Counted from the stretch's first letter, positions 10,801 to 19,704 are shown. The stretch: 64,000 nucleotides of DNA from Ignavibacteria bacterium (GCA_013287605.1 JABDDM010000002.1:1145-65144), one strand, 5' to 3'. Numbers and translations are program-made. Notes: generated by a model not told the origin, from the letters alone.

Positions 10801-12042
10801 CGAGCTCAGTACCGGGATCGGTTGAACTCCCTCGCCAGTGAACTGCACGCTATCGAGCGGCACATTTTGCGCTTGCACGAGCATCGTCGCAGCATATTGC
10901 TGCCTAAGCATTGGAGCAAAATGCACGCGCATCTGCCAGTTGCTTGCAGGTGATACCGTGACCTGATCCTTCTGCGAGATTACCGGCTGGGTCGTAAACG
11001 GGGACCCGATCGGATTGATCGGATTGCCGTACAGATACAGATTGGCGTTACCGCCATTGTAAACATTTGTATAACTCGTCACGAACGAATTGACGCGGAC
11101 CTTGCCGTAATCAATCCTGTGCGGCCCAATGGCTATCGCCGGTGCTCCCCCAACGCCATGAAGATGGACGATGCGGTGACGATTCGGTCCGTCGGCGTTG
11201 TGCGAATAAATGTGAAGATCGGCATCCACGTCAGACTTCGAGCTCGGGGCGAATCGGATCATGAATTCATTTGTCACTTCGGAGGAAAGCGTGAAGTGAT
11301 CACCTCGCTCTGAAAGAAAACTGAAATCACTCGAGCCGATGATCTGCACGCTATCGACCTGCAACGGATCGACGCCATAACTTTCGATCGAATCCGGAAT
11401 CGTTGCGGCAAAGCCGATCAACACAGTACCGAATTCTACCCGCTCCGACTGCAACGCGATGCCAGCAGTAAATCTGGCAAGATTGACACGAATCGCGCCT
11501 GTGCCGCTGCCATAATAATAGCCGTCGGGACGTTCGTTCAGCCGGTCCTTAATCCTAAATTTGAATGGGACGCCAGTACTGGCGTATCGAGCCGTGTATT
11601 TGTGCGAGACCTGGTAAGGCTCATTGACTCGAATGACGCTCTCGCCAAGTCGATTCGTATCGATCGCGACATAGATTTGATAATTCGTCCCGTTGAATGC
11701 CGGCGGATCGATCAGAGGGTACGGAGCCAGCCAACCTGGGACATTATAAGTATACCGCGCATCGAAACCGGTGCTATCCTGCCCGGCCCATAAGCCAAAG
11801 GTGCCTTTCAATTCCAAGCTTACGCCGATGCTGCTGGTCAGAACCATGTTGCTCGTAACAACACTGGGGTTGTTCGCATGAATCGTGAGCGAATCGCGTG
11901 GCGTTGCGATTCTCCATTGGGCATCAGCCGATCGAACGCTAATAAGCATGAAGCAAAGTAGCGCTGCAGAAAAGGTTGAGACACTCAATTGCTGAGCTAG
12001 CCGTGAGACGCGTGGGGACGGAGAAACGCTGTTCGTTCTCAT
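7864..12042 (-). CDS. giant secreted surface protein (about 1390 aa) with repeated Ig-like/beta-sandwich domains and a T9SS C-terminal sorting domain
   Basis: An internal ATG at 12042 gives the signal peptide MRTNSVSP…SADAQ. Domain-like segments recur (…DFGxV… repeated). The C-terminus (…RYSVLVRTNELQNGVYFYEFTAGDQKPMVKKMIISR) resembles T9SS CTDs. Confidence 0.8.
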   Translation of the reverse strand: MRTNSVSPSPRVSRLAQQLSVSTFSAALLCFMLISVRSADAQWRIATPRDSLTIHANNPSVVTSNMVLTSSIGVSLELKGTFGLWAGQDSTGFDARYTYNVPGWLAPYPLIDPPAFNGTNYQIYVAIDTNRLGESVIRVNEPYQVSHKYTARYASTGVPFKFRIKDRLNERPDGYYYGSGTGAIRVNLARFTAGIALQSERVEFGTVLIGFAATIPDSIESYGVDPLQVDSVQIIGSSDFSFLSERGDHFTLSSEVTNEFMIRFAPSSKSDVDADLHIYSHNADGPNRHRIVHLHGVGGAPAIAIGPHRIDYGKVRVNSFVTSYTNVYNGGNANLYLYGNPINPIGSPFTTQPVISQKDQVTVSPASNWQMRVHFAPMLRQQYAATMLVQAQNVPLDSVQFTGEGVQPIPVLSSTSLSYGNVRRGDRVTKTVTLTNKGNMTATVVSAGLHGPNASAYQYSPNLTSFLLDVDSSINFNISFAPGTGPEGQRQAWLEFDYDDKSAQYVNLDGYEIEPKVFLGRDLIDFGKVEVSATKTDTVSIRNNGNVVLPIVTRPYIIPLSAPFQVPYAPLTLSSFQKDSIEVSFTPRVHGPVAAWLHTIVNGQMDSVYLVGFGAMAYPRLSLDTLDFGIHPAGIPSTLFTVLSDTGDFELRVAHLEITGPDQKDFTITAATPRSAFRIPAGRDTSLAVTFVTNAKTGMLHQALLSITYTDSSRGRVVLLGREQSQYIQFAQKSIDFGNVRVKTRALRQAIFSNGSNAILHVGNISISQTGTAFTVGDTVSTVRAQDTSNVAIYFQPPVRGSFTGYLHARDGDIKPDSVLLLGVGAAPVPTFSTRVVDCGLVVMPGTSSKTLTLTNAGDWYLKTSFAIVNDANNEFSIATGSGSTSTDSIWIGAKSDYTITFSPNVPRLLHSADLVFTYDDGLTDTIRLIGRDEYRKLVLDSTYINFGKVRVFKSAMQTVSLVNTSSTPLTVKSISLQPQTPPFSLDATGTIVVPTRTTQPIHITFSPMQRGVFQSKLEAVGGDMKNDTVVINGIGVAPIAQLAQATLDFGSQFVGGSSSQNTMLVNAGDWDLVVTGVSIAGPNMTDFDFSSIPTSFTLHPGDSIPLASTFLASSPLQLTPRTATLTFTLDDNSTFPLGLTELDKAPNATQIAFGNYLARPGDMVYEELRLRTPIAVSANVHELSGTFTFDTTIAQLVKIEKGGDVSNSNWTLTTTNSSAQTIESVHYDLRDPIDPLTQAGVLLRVTFMINKDATIGGKTELKHTSFQFFNTNQVAPLTVSGMIVVDSSCGSTHLQTGDVQGTFVQQNSPNPVGGSHHTSITFDVAHDNTQISIRVVDVSGREVLRPVDQHSFAQGRYSVLVRTNELQNGVYFYEFTAGDQKPMVKKMIISR

Positions 12043-12737
12043 CTGAGACCGAGTATCAAAGTTTGTTAAGAAGCACATAATTAACAGACGAGCATCAGAT
12101 GGTGGCTGAGGGAATCGAATCGACTCGTGCCGACCGACGCACACCGCTCCAAGTGCTACAAAAGACGTATTAAGACTAAATTGTTTCTCTACAATAACCC
12201 ATCATTGGGTTGGGCAATACATGTCACTATGGATGAGCGCTCCAAGTCTTCGAGCAAGAAGACAAAAGAACGGGCAAACAAGGCTGTCTCGAGCGATGAT
12301 CTTGGGCCAAATGGGCAAAATTCCCCCAACCACACCCTTCTCTCGACAAACTAATATACACAACCATACCACAAAATCCAAATTCTCACAGAACATTTGG
12401 CCATTTTTTGTCAGGAAAGCTAGAAGCTGGCGAAACGGGCTTAATTTGTCGTTAGGAAAGTCATCGCCTAGGATCATTTTCATTCCGTATTTTTCCCCTC
12501 AGAGAGAGGTACGAGAAGTTCACTTCTTCATTCGTGGCATGTTATCCACGACAGAGTCGTCCCCAGAGCCGACCGCAGCACGGTGCGACACAAAGCGATC
12601 GCAAGGATATCCATCTCAGGTTCAATGCGAGGGCATTATTTTTACCCCCTATCACTCGAAGCCGCGGTGTAACGATTCGCCAGCTTCCGAGTTGTTTTGT
12701 CTGGGTTCAACTAATGATAACCGTTCAAATTGGTCAC

Positions 12738-15230
12738 ATGAGATTATTTCTCGCTGGATTCCTCCTGATTTTTCTCTCAAAAGCCTCCTTCGCACAGCAA
12801 TGGCAGGCGATTGCGCCGATGCTTCAAGCCCGAGCTGAACATCGCGCTCTGAAGCTGAACGATGGCAGGGTCCTCATCGTCGGTGGACGTAATGCTGATA
12901 GTGCTCTATCAAGTTGTGAGATCTACGACCCAGTGAAGAACTCGTGGAAGCCAACTGGAAATTTACTTCAAGCCAGATATCGAAGTCAGGTGGTGAAATT
13001 GCGTGATGGAAGGATTTTCGCGACTGGTGGTCTTACCGATTTGAACGTAGCAACGACTTCGACGTGCGAGATTTATGATCCGGTCGCAGGCTCTTGGAGA
13101 TTTACCACGAGTATGCAGGATGCACGAGAGAATCATTCCAGTGCATTGCTACCAGATGGCAATGTCATACTCGTTGGTGGACTAGATGCGAATCAGCCGG
13201 CGTACCTGACCTCCTGTGATCTGTTCGACCCGGCAACAGAGCTGATGAAACGATTACCTCCGATGCTGATTCCTCAATTTGGGGAGCAAGTGTATTATTC
13301 TGTTATATTAAACGGACTGTTCGTTGTTGGTGGGTCCTATGGAGGATTTAGTGGCACGTGGGTCAACACAACACAAATACTTTCATTCTACGACACAACA
13401 TGGAGGAACGGCGCCTCATCTGTCTCTCCGCATGACGCACCATCCGTACAGCTACCGGACGAAAGAGTCATCGCACCAGGAGGCAGGATCGGTTCGACAG
13501 TTTTTACGACGCTTGTAGAAAATTTTAATCCTGTCTCGAATACATGGTCAACCATCGGCAATCTCGATCAAGAGCACTGGGGAGGCGCTGCCTATTTGGT
13601 CGGTAACGACACCGTTTTGCAATTCGGCGGGTCGACAAATTCAATTCCGAGTGCATCGCGAATAGATGGTTGCTCGGTTGTCAATCTTAAGAACAATCTT
13701 GAGTCGATAGGTCCCGCGATGCTATCGCCAAGATCGGCATTCGCTTCTATACTATTACTACAAGCTCCAGATGAAGGTCACTGCGTGACGCATCGCGATC
13801 TTTATGTTTTTGGTGGAGATCTTAGTGAGCACTCCGTGCTTGCCAGTTCAGAAAAACTCGATCTCGGTGTAGCTGATATCCCTCCTGAGATTCAACTCAA
13901 CGTTCAGCGAGTGTTATTGCCAGATTCCACTGCTTGCCGAGAGGTTGACACTGGCATTACAATTTTCAACGGCGGCTGCGACTCGATCGTCTTAGTAGGC
14001 ATTGCTACTCTTGACAATGGCATTGGTGTTCATTACAACTCATCATTGCTTCCAAGCAGCATTCGCCAGGGAGCAAGTAGCCCTTTTCCTATCTCGATCA
14101 TTCCATTTTTTTCGGACACCTCGATAACATCGGCTATTCAATTCACATTTGTTGATCGTGTCGGGGATACACTGCGCAGGTACGTTCGGGTGAATGCCAA
14201 CAAACCGATTGTGCCAACTGGACTGAATGGTCCTCTCAATCTTACTCTCGCAACGTCCCAATGTCACGCATTGGACACAGTGGTAGTGTTCCGCAATTTA
14301 GGTTGCCGTAATTTAATACTACATTCCGTGCTCATCCGAGGAGCAGACTCCAGCAGCTTCGTCTGTTCCTTACAGCGCGACACGTTGCTTCTGCCAGGTG
14401 ATTCCATTCATTTTCACATCACTGGTGCCTTCATCGCTCCAGGATTGTCGAATGTAACTCTCATTCTGCCTTATACGATCGATGGGCATGATTTGACAGC
14501 GAATGTAGCGATCTCGTGCTCCGTCGCGACCGGAGGCAAATCAGTGGCGCCAATTCTGATGCAAGCTCCTCAACAAGCTTTTTTGGGAGATACGGTGAGG
14601 ATTCCGATTTACATGTTCGTGAAGTCTTCGATCACAGTAAATGGTGTTTCGCTTAACTTGAGTTACAATACCGACTTGCTGCATCTGATAGGATGCGAGG
14701 GCGCTGGGACCGCAACTGCCAACTTGGTCTCAATATGCAGTGATGGCTTTGGTCATGGAACAGTCCGAATACCTCAAGCCTTTCTTGTTTCTCCACTCCT
14801 GCCAATTACTAAACTCGTGTTCGAAAGCTTCTCGACGAATACCTCCTGCACCAATCTGAGAGTGGATAACCTTTCGCTGGACCAGGATAACGGAATTCTA
14901 TGTCAGACTGTAGGCGAAACAGACTCCGTGCAGATCTGTCTGCAGCAGAGGTGCGGCGACCGGATGATAGCTGATTTGATGAACCATGTCCTGAACCAAG
15001 TTACTCTTGAACCAAACCCTGCCCAAACCGTTATACGGCTTCATTCTGGCGGGAGAACAGCACCCTTCACGGTAAGGATTTACGATGTTCTTGGAAGGTT
15101 GTGGAAGAGCTTCGACATGTCGCTTCAAAATATTCAGATCGACATTTCAACACTCCCTGAAGGCGAGTACACTATCGTTCTCAGAACAGGGAATCTCGCC
15201 AGCTACAAAAAGCTCTCAGTCTTGAGATAA
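12738..15230 (+). CDS. Kelch-repeat (galactose-oxidase-like beta-propeller) protein with a T9SS C-terminal sorting domain
   Basis: Start at the ATG giving the signal peptide MRLFLAGFLLIFLSKASFAQQ. Repeated Kelch-like motifs (DGRVLIVGG, DGRIFATGG, DGNVILVGG). C-terminal CTD-like sequence (…YTIVLRTGNLASYKKLSVLR). The ORF track start at 12534 is GTG and lies upstream of the signal peptide. Confidence 0.8.
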   Translation: MRLFLAGFLLIFLSKASFAQQWQAIAPMLQARAEHRALKLNDGRVLIVGGRNADSALSSCEIYDPVKNSWKPTGNLLQARYRSQVVKLRDGRIFATGGLTDLNVATTSTCEIYDPVAGSWRFTTSMQDARENHSSALLPDGNVILVGGLDANQPAYLTSCDLFDPATELMKRLPPMLIPQFGEQVYYSVILNGLFVVGGSYGGFSGTWVNTTQILSFYDTTWRNGASSVSPHDAPSVQLPDERVIAPGGRIGSTVFTTLVENFNPVSNTWSTIGNLDQEHWGGAAYLVGNDTVLQFGGSTNSIPSASRIDGCSVVNLKNNLESIGPAMLSPRSAFASILLLQAPDEGHCVTHRDLYVFGGDLSEHSVLASSEKLDLGVADIPPEIQLNVQRVLLPDSTACREVDTGITIFNGGCDSIVLVGIATLDNGIGVHYNSSLLPSSIRQGASSPFPISIIPFFSDTSITSAIQFTFVDRVGDTLRRYVRVNANKPIVPTGLNGPLNLTLATSQCHALDTVVVFRNLGCRNLILHSVLIRGADSSSFVCSLQRDTLLLPGDSIHFHITGAFIAPGLSNVTLILPYTIDGHDLTANVAISCSVATGGKSVAPILMQAPQQAFLGDTVRIPIYMFVKSSITVNGVSLNLSYNTDLLHLIGCEGAGTATANLVSICSDGFGHGTVRIPQAFLVSPLLPITKLVFESFSTNTSCTNLRVDNLSLDQDNGILCQTVGETDSVQICLQQRCGDRMIADLMNHVLNQVTLEPNPAQTVIRLHSGGRTAPFTVRIYDVLGRLWKSFDMSLQNIQIDISTLPEGEYTIVLRTGNLASYKKLSVLR

Positions 15231-15267
15231 TTTTGTCGACCCATTTCAACGATACTAACACTTCACG

Positions 15268-16155
15268 ATGGCTTCTTCGATCAAGCGATTGCTTCGACAT
15301 GGATTACGCAGCTACCTTACTTACACTCCCGTTAAGTTGGGCCGTTTTCCATTGATGATGTTCTTCCACAAGTTCTTGTCGGAGCCAGTCATCGAAGAGG
15401 TGGCGACGAAGGACCGCGGAAGAATGATTCTCGAGATTGATGACTGGACGCAGTACACCATGTACTACAATCTCTATGAGTCAAAATATGACAAGATCAT
15501 GCTCGCGCTAATGAAGGACACAAATGTGGTCCTTGATATTGGCGGGAACATTGGTCAGCATACCCTTTGGTTTGCTCGATATGCTAAGAAGGTCTATACC
15601 TTTGAGCCGCTCCCACGTCTCATCGAACGTTTGAAAAAACACATTGCGATGAACCGCTTGGAAAACAAGGTCACTCTAGTTACAAAAGCTCTAAGTGATG
15701 AACCTAAGACGTTAAGGATTACCGATCCTGAGCCCGGTATGAGCGGAATCGCGAGTACGATTTTGGGTCGTAATCAGAATGAGAAAACGGTTGAAATCGA
15801 CGCAATCCGACTTGATGACTATCTTGATTCTGAAGGAGTCAAGACAGTTGATCTAATTAACATCGATATCGAGGGCGCTGAGTTATTCGCACTCAAGGGG
15901 ATGCCCGAACTCTTGAAACGCTGCTCGCCCCCTCTTATTCTGGAAATGAATGACCTGATGATGGGACTTGCTGGATATACGTTCGATGACGTTCAGAATT
16001 ACCTCAGTCAGTTCGGATACCAGCCTTATCAAATGTTGAAGAATGGCCTTTCGGGTCCTGTACCTAAGATTATTTCCGACTCGGAGAATTTTTGTTTCTT
16101 GACTGCAGAACATTTGCAGATGCAGAAGATCAAAGACATTGTCGTTTCTGGATGA
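15268..16155 (+). CDS. FkbM-family SAM-dependent methyltransferase
   Basis: Motifs VVLDIGGNIGQHT, …YTFEP…, DLINIDIEGAELFAL are typical of the FkbM methyltransferase family. Confidence 0.75.
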   Translation: MASSIKRLLRHGLRSYLTYTPVKLGRFPLMMFFHKFLSEPVIEEVATKDRGRMILEIDDWTQYTMYYNLYESKYDKIMLALMKDTNVVLDIGGNIGQHTLWFARYAKKVYTFEPLPRLIERLKKHIAMNRLENKVTLVTKALSDEPKTLRITDPEPGMSGIASTILGRNQNEKTVEIDAIRLDDYLDSEGVKTVDLINIDIEGAELFALKGMPELLKRCSPPLILEMNDLMMGLAGYTFDDVQNYLSQFGYQPYQMLKNGLSGPVPKIISDSENFCFLTAEHLQMQKIKDIVVSG

Positions 16156-16457
16156 TGACATTCTAAGTCCAGCAAGTTGCGCGAGGGCTCACCACCTCGG
16201 TGCCCGAATGGGAGCCGAGATCTTCAGCGGAAATCTGATACTGTCTGAACCTTGATTCTTGAGATTTTTGGAGTTGGGAGATGAGTTGACAGAAGCGATT
16301 TAATGCCATAATTTATGAAACTTTAAGCTTGTCGGAGGCGTTTACTTTAAGCGGGATTTCGGCCGTCAATCGGCGTGCCCAACCCATGGGATCCCCAACT
16401 AACCCTTCGGACTGTGATACCCTGCTCCCTAAAGATTTTGGTTTCGGATCCGACCCC

Positions 16458-16560
16458 GTGGATTCCCGCATGTGCGGGAATGACAATGACGGCGGTTGAA
16501 TGCGCGAAGCGCAGTAGAACGACGATCCTGTCCTTACCCGCGAAAGCGGGAATCCATCCC
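16458..16560. repeat. MITE-like palindromic repeat element, copy A (about 105 bp), with terminal 26-nt palindromic units
   Basis: GGATTCCCGCATGTGCGGGAATGACA … CCTTACCCGCGAAAGCGGGAATCCATCC. Each unit is itself a palindrome (CCCGC-N4-GCGGG) and the two units are inverted relative to each other. A near-identical element occurs at 45985-46086. Confidence 0.55.
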
Positions 16561-16915
16561 CAAACGTTGAGCCAAAACTCCCATTAGTTTTCTATACGAA
16601 GGAGAATTATGAATAAAGGGACTAACATACTTGACTCAGCAGACTAGCCCAGGTCTGCACCTCCCTACCTACCAACACGTTATGGCCTTTTCCACGCATA
16701 CAGTTGAGAACTCCTCAGCGCTTGTTGAAAGCTTCCGGCAATAAATGCGAATCATGTGCCCCGACTTTTGTAGATAATACGTCGCATCACTCTAAGTATC
16801 TGATTTTAAAAGAGTTAGTGCCTATTGGGGTGTGAGGAGCTTTCGGAGTTGAAAAACCCCGAAATAGTTGAGGGTAACCGTTGACGCGGTTACCCTCAAG
16901 GTCGATCTAAAAAGC

Positions 16916-16984
16916 GGGGCGGGCTATTGGTAGCAAGCTTGATTTGGCATCCGGCTAATGGGGGTTCGAATCCCCTCCGCTCCA
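16916..16984 (+). other. tRNA-like 3' fragment (T-arm plus acceptor 3' strand), possibly an integration-site remnant
   Basis: …GGGGGTTCGAATCCCCT CCGCTCC A… is a canonical T-stem-loop (TTCGAAT) plus 7-nt acceptor strand plus discriminator. It is followed by CTG rather than CCA. A convincing D-arm or anticodon arm could not be folded from the upstream 45 nt. Confidence 0.3.
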
Positions 16985-17075
16985 CTGCTTTAGATCTCCA
17001 AATATACAACGGGATAACTCACATTTCCACCTAGAAGTGCCGAAAGGTGATAAATCCGAGGTTATCCACACTTAA

Positions 17076-17297
17076 TCACTGCGGAATCTCGATAATCCGC
17101 TCGCCTAGAGCGTTTTCTAAAAGCAGGATAGTCTTGAGCGTCAGGTTCGTCTCACCAGCAAGGATAGCGCTGATGTAGGACTTACCCTTACTCGTCGCAT
17201 CCGCGAGGTCTTGTTGATTCCAACCCTTTCGCTCTAGGATCATAGCGATCCGTTCAGCGATCTCCAGTTGGCGCTTTTCGAGAGTGATTTTAGCCAT
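17076..17297 (-). CDS. XRE-family helix-turn-helix transcriptional regulator
   Basis: 73 aa. The HTH_XRE signature (…WNQQDLADATSKGKSYISAILAGETNLTLKTILLLENALG…) is present. Confidence 0.75.
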   Translation of the reverse strand: MAKITLEKRQLEIAERIAMILERKGWNQQDLADATSKGKSYISAILAGETNLTLKTILLLENALGERIIEIPQ

Positions 17298-17406
17298 TCA
17301 CTAGTAAGACAAAGTTTATTCAAAGATAGTTCAATTATATTGGAACCGCTTACTCCGTTTCTTCGTATCTATATACGTAAGAGTTCTATTATAATTGAAC
17401 TACTAA

Positions 17407-18339
17407 ATGCAAACCGTACCAAAGACCTTACTCGAAGTGATCCGATATTTCTCAGACAAGAAGAACTGTGTTGAGTTCGTGAAGAACCTCCGTTGGCCGG
17501 ATGGTAGCGTGGCGTGTCCGAAGTGTGGGACCCTCAAAGTGAAGGAGCTTGCTACACGTCAGATATGGCAGTGTGGTGAGAAGGGCTGTCGCAAGCAGTT
17601 CTCAGTTAAGGTCGGTACGATCTTCGAGGATTCAGCGCTCACACTTGACAAGTGGCTGATTGCAATGTGGATGATCTCAACGTGTCGCAATGGTGTGTCC
17701 AGCTACGAAATTGCACGTTCCCTCGGTATCACTCAGAAGAGCGCATGGTTTCTCTTGCACCGCGTCCGTGAATGTATGCGTCGTGGTACGGTTACAAAGC
17801 TCACAGGGACCGTTGAAGTCGATGAGACCTACATCGGTGGCCTTGAGAAGAATAAGCACTCCTGGAAGAAAGTACACGGTGGCAACATCGGCAACAAAGT
17901 TATTGCGATGGGCTTAGTTGAGCGCGATGGTGACGTTATTGCAAAAGTTGTTGATGATACCACGTATACTTCGCTAAGCAAAGAGATAGAACTGCACGTC
18001 GAGAAGGATGCAAAGCTCTATACCGACGAATGGCGTAGCTACATGAAGTTGGGAGCGACATACGATCACTTCGTAGTCAATCACGGTGCAAAAGAGTACG
18101 TTCGAGGTAATGTCCACACCAACACCATTGAAAGCTTCTGGTCGCTCTTAAAGCGCGGCTTGAAAGGCACGTACATTCACGTTGCTCCGTTTCATCTTGA
18201 TCGTTACATCGACGAACAGGCACTCCGTTTCAACCTTCGTAAGGGTTCGGAGTTCAACCGCCTTGAGGTAGTAACGGCGCAAAGCATCGGACGTAGACTC
18301 ACTTGGAATGAACTGACTGGCAAAGCCGCCACAGAATGA
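17407..18339 (+). CDS. IS1595-family transposase with an N-terminal zinc ribbon and a DDE domain
   Basis: N-terminal CxxC…CxxC zinc ribbon (VACPKCGT…WQCGEKGC), followed by the ISXO2-like DDE transposase core. 310 aa. Confidence 0.75.
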   Translation: MQTVPKTLLEVIRYFSDKKNCVEFVKNLRWPDGSVACPKCGTLKVKELATRQIWQCGEKGCRKQFSVKVGTIFEDSALTLDKWLIAMWMISTCRNGVSSYEIARSLGITQKSAWFLLHRVRECMRRGTVTKLTGTVEVDETYIGGLEKNKHSWKKVHGGNIGNKVIAMGLVERDGDVIAKVVDDTTYTSLSKEIELHVEKDAKLYTDEWRSYMKLGATYDHFVVNHGAKEYVRGNVHTNTIESFWSLLKRGLKGTYIHVAPFHLDRYIDEQALRFNLRKGSEFNRLEVVTAQSIGRRLTWNELTGKAATE

Positions 18340-18548
18340 ATCAGAAACCGAACGCATCACACGGTCCCGAGAACTCAGAACCCGACAACCTAGACCAAAA
18401 GGACAATGGGAAGTCGAGCGAAGAGAACGACTTAAAAAAGTGGGACGAGTTCAAGAACCTCGTCCAGAAGGTAGTAAACCTCCCCGAGTCAGATGTCGAA
18501 AAGGTCAAGCGCAAAGTCCCAAGCAACCGAAAATCAAAAGAAAAATAA
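18336..18548 (+). CDS. hypothetical small, highly charged protein; start overlaps the transposase stop (ATGA)
   Basis: 70 aa, low complexity, rich in K, E, D and N. The only support is translational coupling to the transposase. Confidence 0.3.
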   Translation: MNQKPNASHGPENSEPDNLDQKDNGKSSEENDLKKWDEFKNLVQKVVNLPESDVEKVKRKVPSNRKSKEK

Positions 18549-18608
18549 TCGTTAGACGCGAGGGGATGACAGGGGCAAGATGGTGGCGAGAAAACGTCAA
18601 TATTTAGG

Positions 18609-19007
18609 CTACGGAGTTCTCATTTTTCGCCTTTTCAACTCTTTCCCCATCCTAGTAGCGGTGAACTGCAATCCCCCTTTGTCCAAGTAGGTGTTGTAGT
18701 CTGCTAGAAGTTGCTTGTTCGTCACCTTCGTAAAATCGATACTATCTAACTCCGGCGAGGAGCGAGGCCCTTTGATTCGGGAAAGAATATCCTGAGTCTT
18801 TTCCATGTCCGTTGGATGCTTCCCACCTCCTGAAGATAGCCCCCCATGCGACGAATGCCCATGCAACTTCGAATTCTTTGCTCCCTCCCTCGCTATGTGC
18901 CGTTGATGGATTTGCTCTCTCGTAAGACCTGATTTGCCGTGACCTAGTTGTCTCATAATGATATTAAATGGATTAACGTACTTGCACGAACGTTGACACG
19001 GCATCAA
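18609..19007 (-). CDS. hypothetical protein
   Basis: 132 aa ORF in the accessory island with no recognisable motif. Confidence 0.35.
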   Translation of the reverse strand: MMPCQRSCKYVNPFNIIMRQLGHGKSGLTREQIHQRHIAREGAKNSKLHGHSSHGGLSSGGGKHPTDMEKTQDILSRIKGPRSSPELDSIDFTKVTNKQLLADYNTYLDKGGLQFTATRMGKELKRRKMRTP

Positions 19008-19233
19008 AATTCCACCTGTTCACAAAATCCTTCTCTCAGCCGCGGTTTGGCTGGCTTTCACGATAGGTCCGACACAGGCCAATCAATCTAGGCACAGCGT
19101 AGACCGTCATGAACGATGGCCCGTAAAAACACTTGAAGATGGCTTCGAGCCGAACGGCGTTGTAGAACACACATCGATTGACAAGCTAGCGAATGAAGAT
19201 ACTCTACGATACCTTGGTAATGATTCTCCACGC

Positions 19234-19704
19234 ATGGAGCGAGAGAAACAGATAATTGAATTCACAGCGATCCTTTTGGGCTACAGGATAGAGCACGATG
19301 GCGACCTTCACATTGCACTGAGAGATTCGCAAACCAGACAAAGGATGATTGCCGAAATTCCCGATTCGATTGAGTCTCCGAAACACGGGCGTCTTTTCGC
19401 CTCTTTGCGGATCGATCTCGAAAGGAGGTTCGGAAGAGCTACTTTGAACTTCAACTGGAGCAAGTTCTATAGAAAGAAAAGGGTGTTTGTTTCCATCCAA
19501 GGTGTCCTGTTTGTTGACAGACGGCATGGGAATAAGGTCGAGGCTAAGAACTTCGTTGAGTGCCATCCTGTTTTTATCCATGCGGTTTCCCGGGTAATGG
19601 CCCCGCTCTCAACATATGGCAGTCATGGAAGAGAAGATCAAGGTAGGGGATGTTGTCCAGCTCAAACAGGGAGGTCAAATCATGACCGTAACGCAGATCA
19701 ATAA
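19234..19704 (+). CDS. hypothetical protein
   Basis: 156 aa ORF. The 3' end overlaps the DUF2158 ORF in another frame, so the true end or start is uncertain. Confidence 0.35.
   Translation: MEREKQIIEFTAILLGYRIEHDGDLHIALRDSQTRQRMIAEIPDSIESPKHGRLFASLRIDLERRFGRATLNFNWSKFYRKKRVFVSIQGVLFVDRRHGNKVEAKNFVECHPVFIHAVSRVMAPLSTYGSHGREDQGRGCCPAQTGRSNHDRNADQ

Larger units (their letters stand above)
17300..18560 (+). mobile_element. probable IS1595-family insertion sequence; ends not defined
   Basis: The transposase gene plus an overlapping small passenger ORF. A 12-13 bp inverted repeat (AGTTCAATTATA / TATAATTGAACT) lies just upstream of the transposase. Terminal inverted repeats that bracket the element could not be identified. 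Confidence 0.35.

Noticed and set aside
8155-11793. Numerous 60-160 aa plus-strand ORFs inside the 7864..12042 gene
   Set aside because: They are antisense to a long, well-supported minus-strand CDS with coherent domain repeats. They look like frame-shadow artefacts.
12145-12737. ORFs 12127..12354, 12202..12483 and 12221..12838 in the divergent intergenic region
   Set aside because: They mutually overlap and have AT-rich, low-complexity translations. They precede the true signal-peptide start of the Kelch protein at 12738. More likely this is promoter DNA for the two divergent T9SS cargo genes.
16375-16587. 70 aa ORF containing …IPACAGMTM…
   Set aside because: It reads straight through the MITE-like palindromic element. 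The peptide is a translation artefact of the TCCCGC/GCGGGA palindromes (compare the ORFs at 45986 and 46027 over copy B).
16600-16984. tmRNA (ssrA) ending at the tRNA-like 3' fragment
   Set aside because: No 5' acceptor partner (GGAGCGG/GGGGCGG) lies at a tmRNA-appropriate distance, and no tag-peptide reading frame ending in …ALAA-stop is visible. The only complementary heptamer is about 60 nt upstream, too close for a tmRNA, and the intervening sequence does not fold as tRNA arms.
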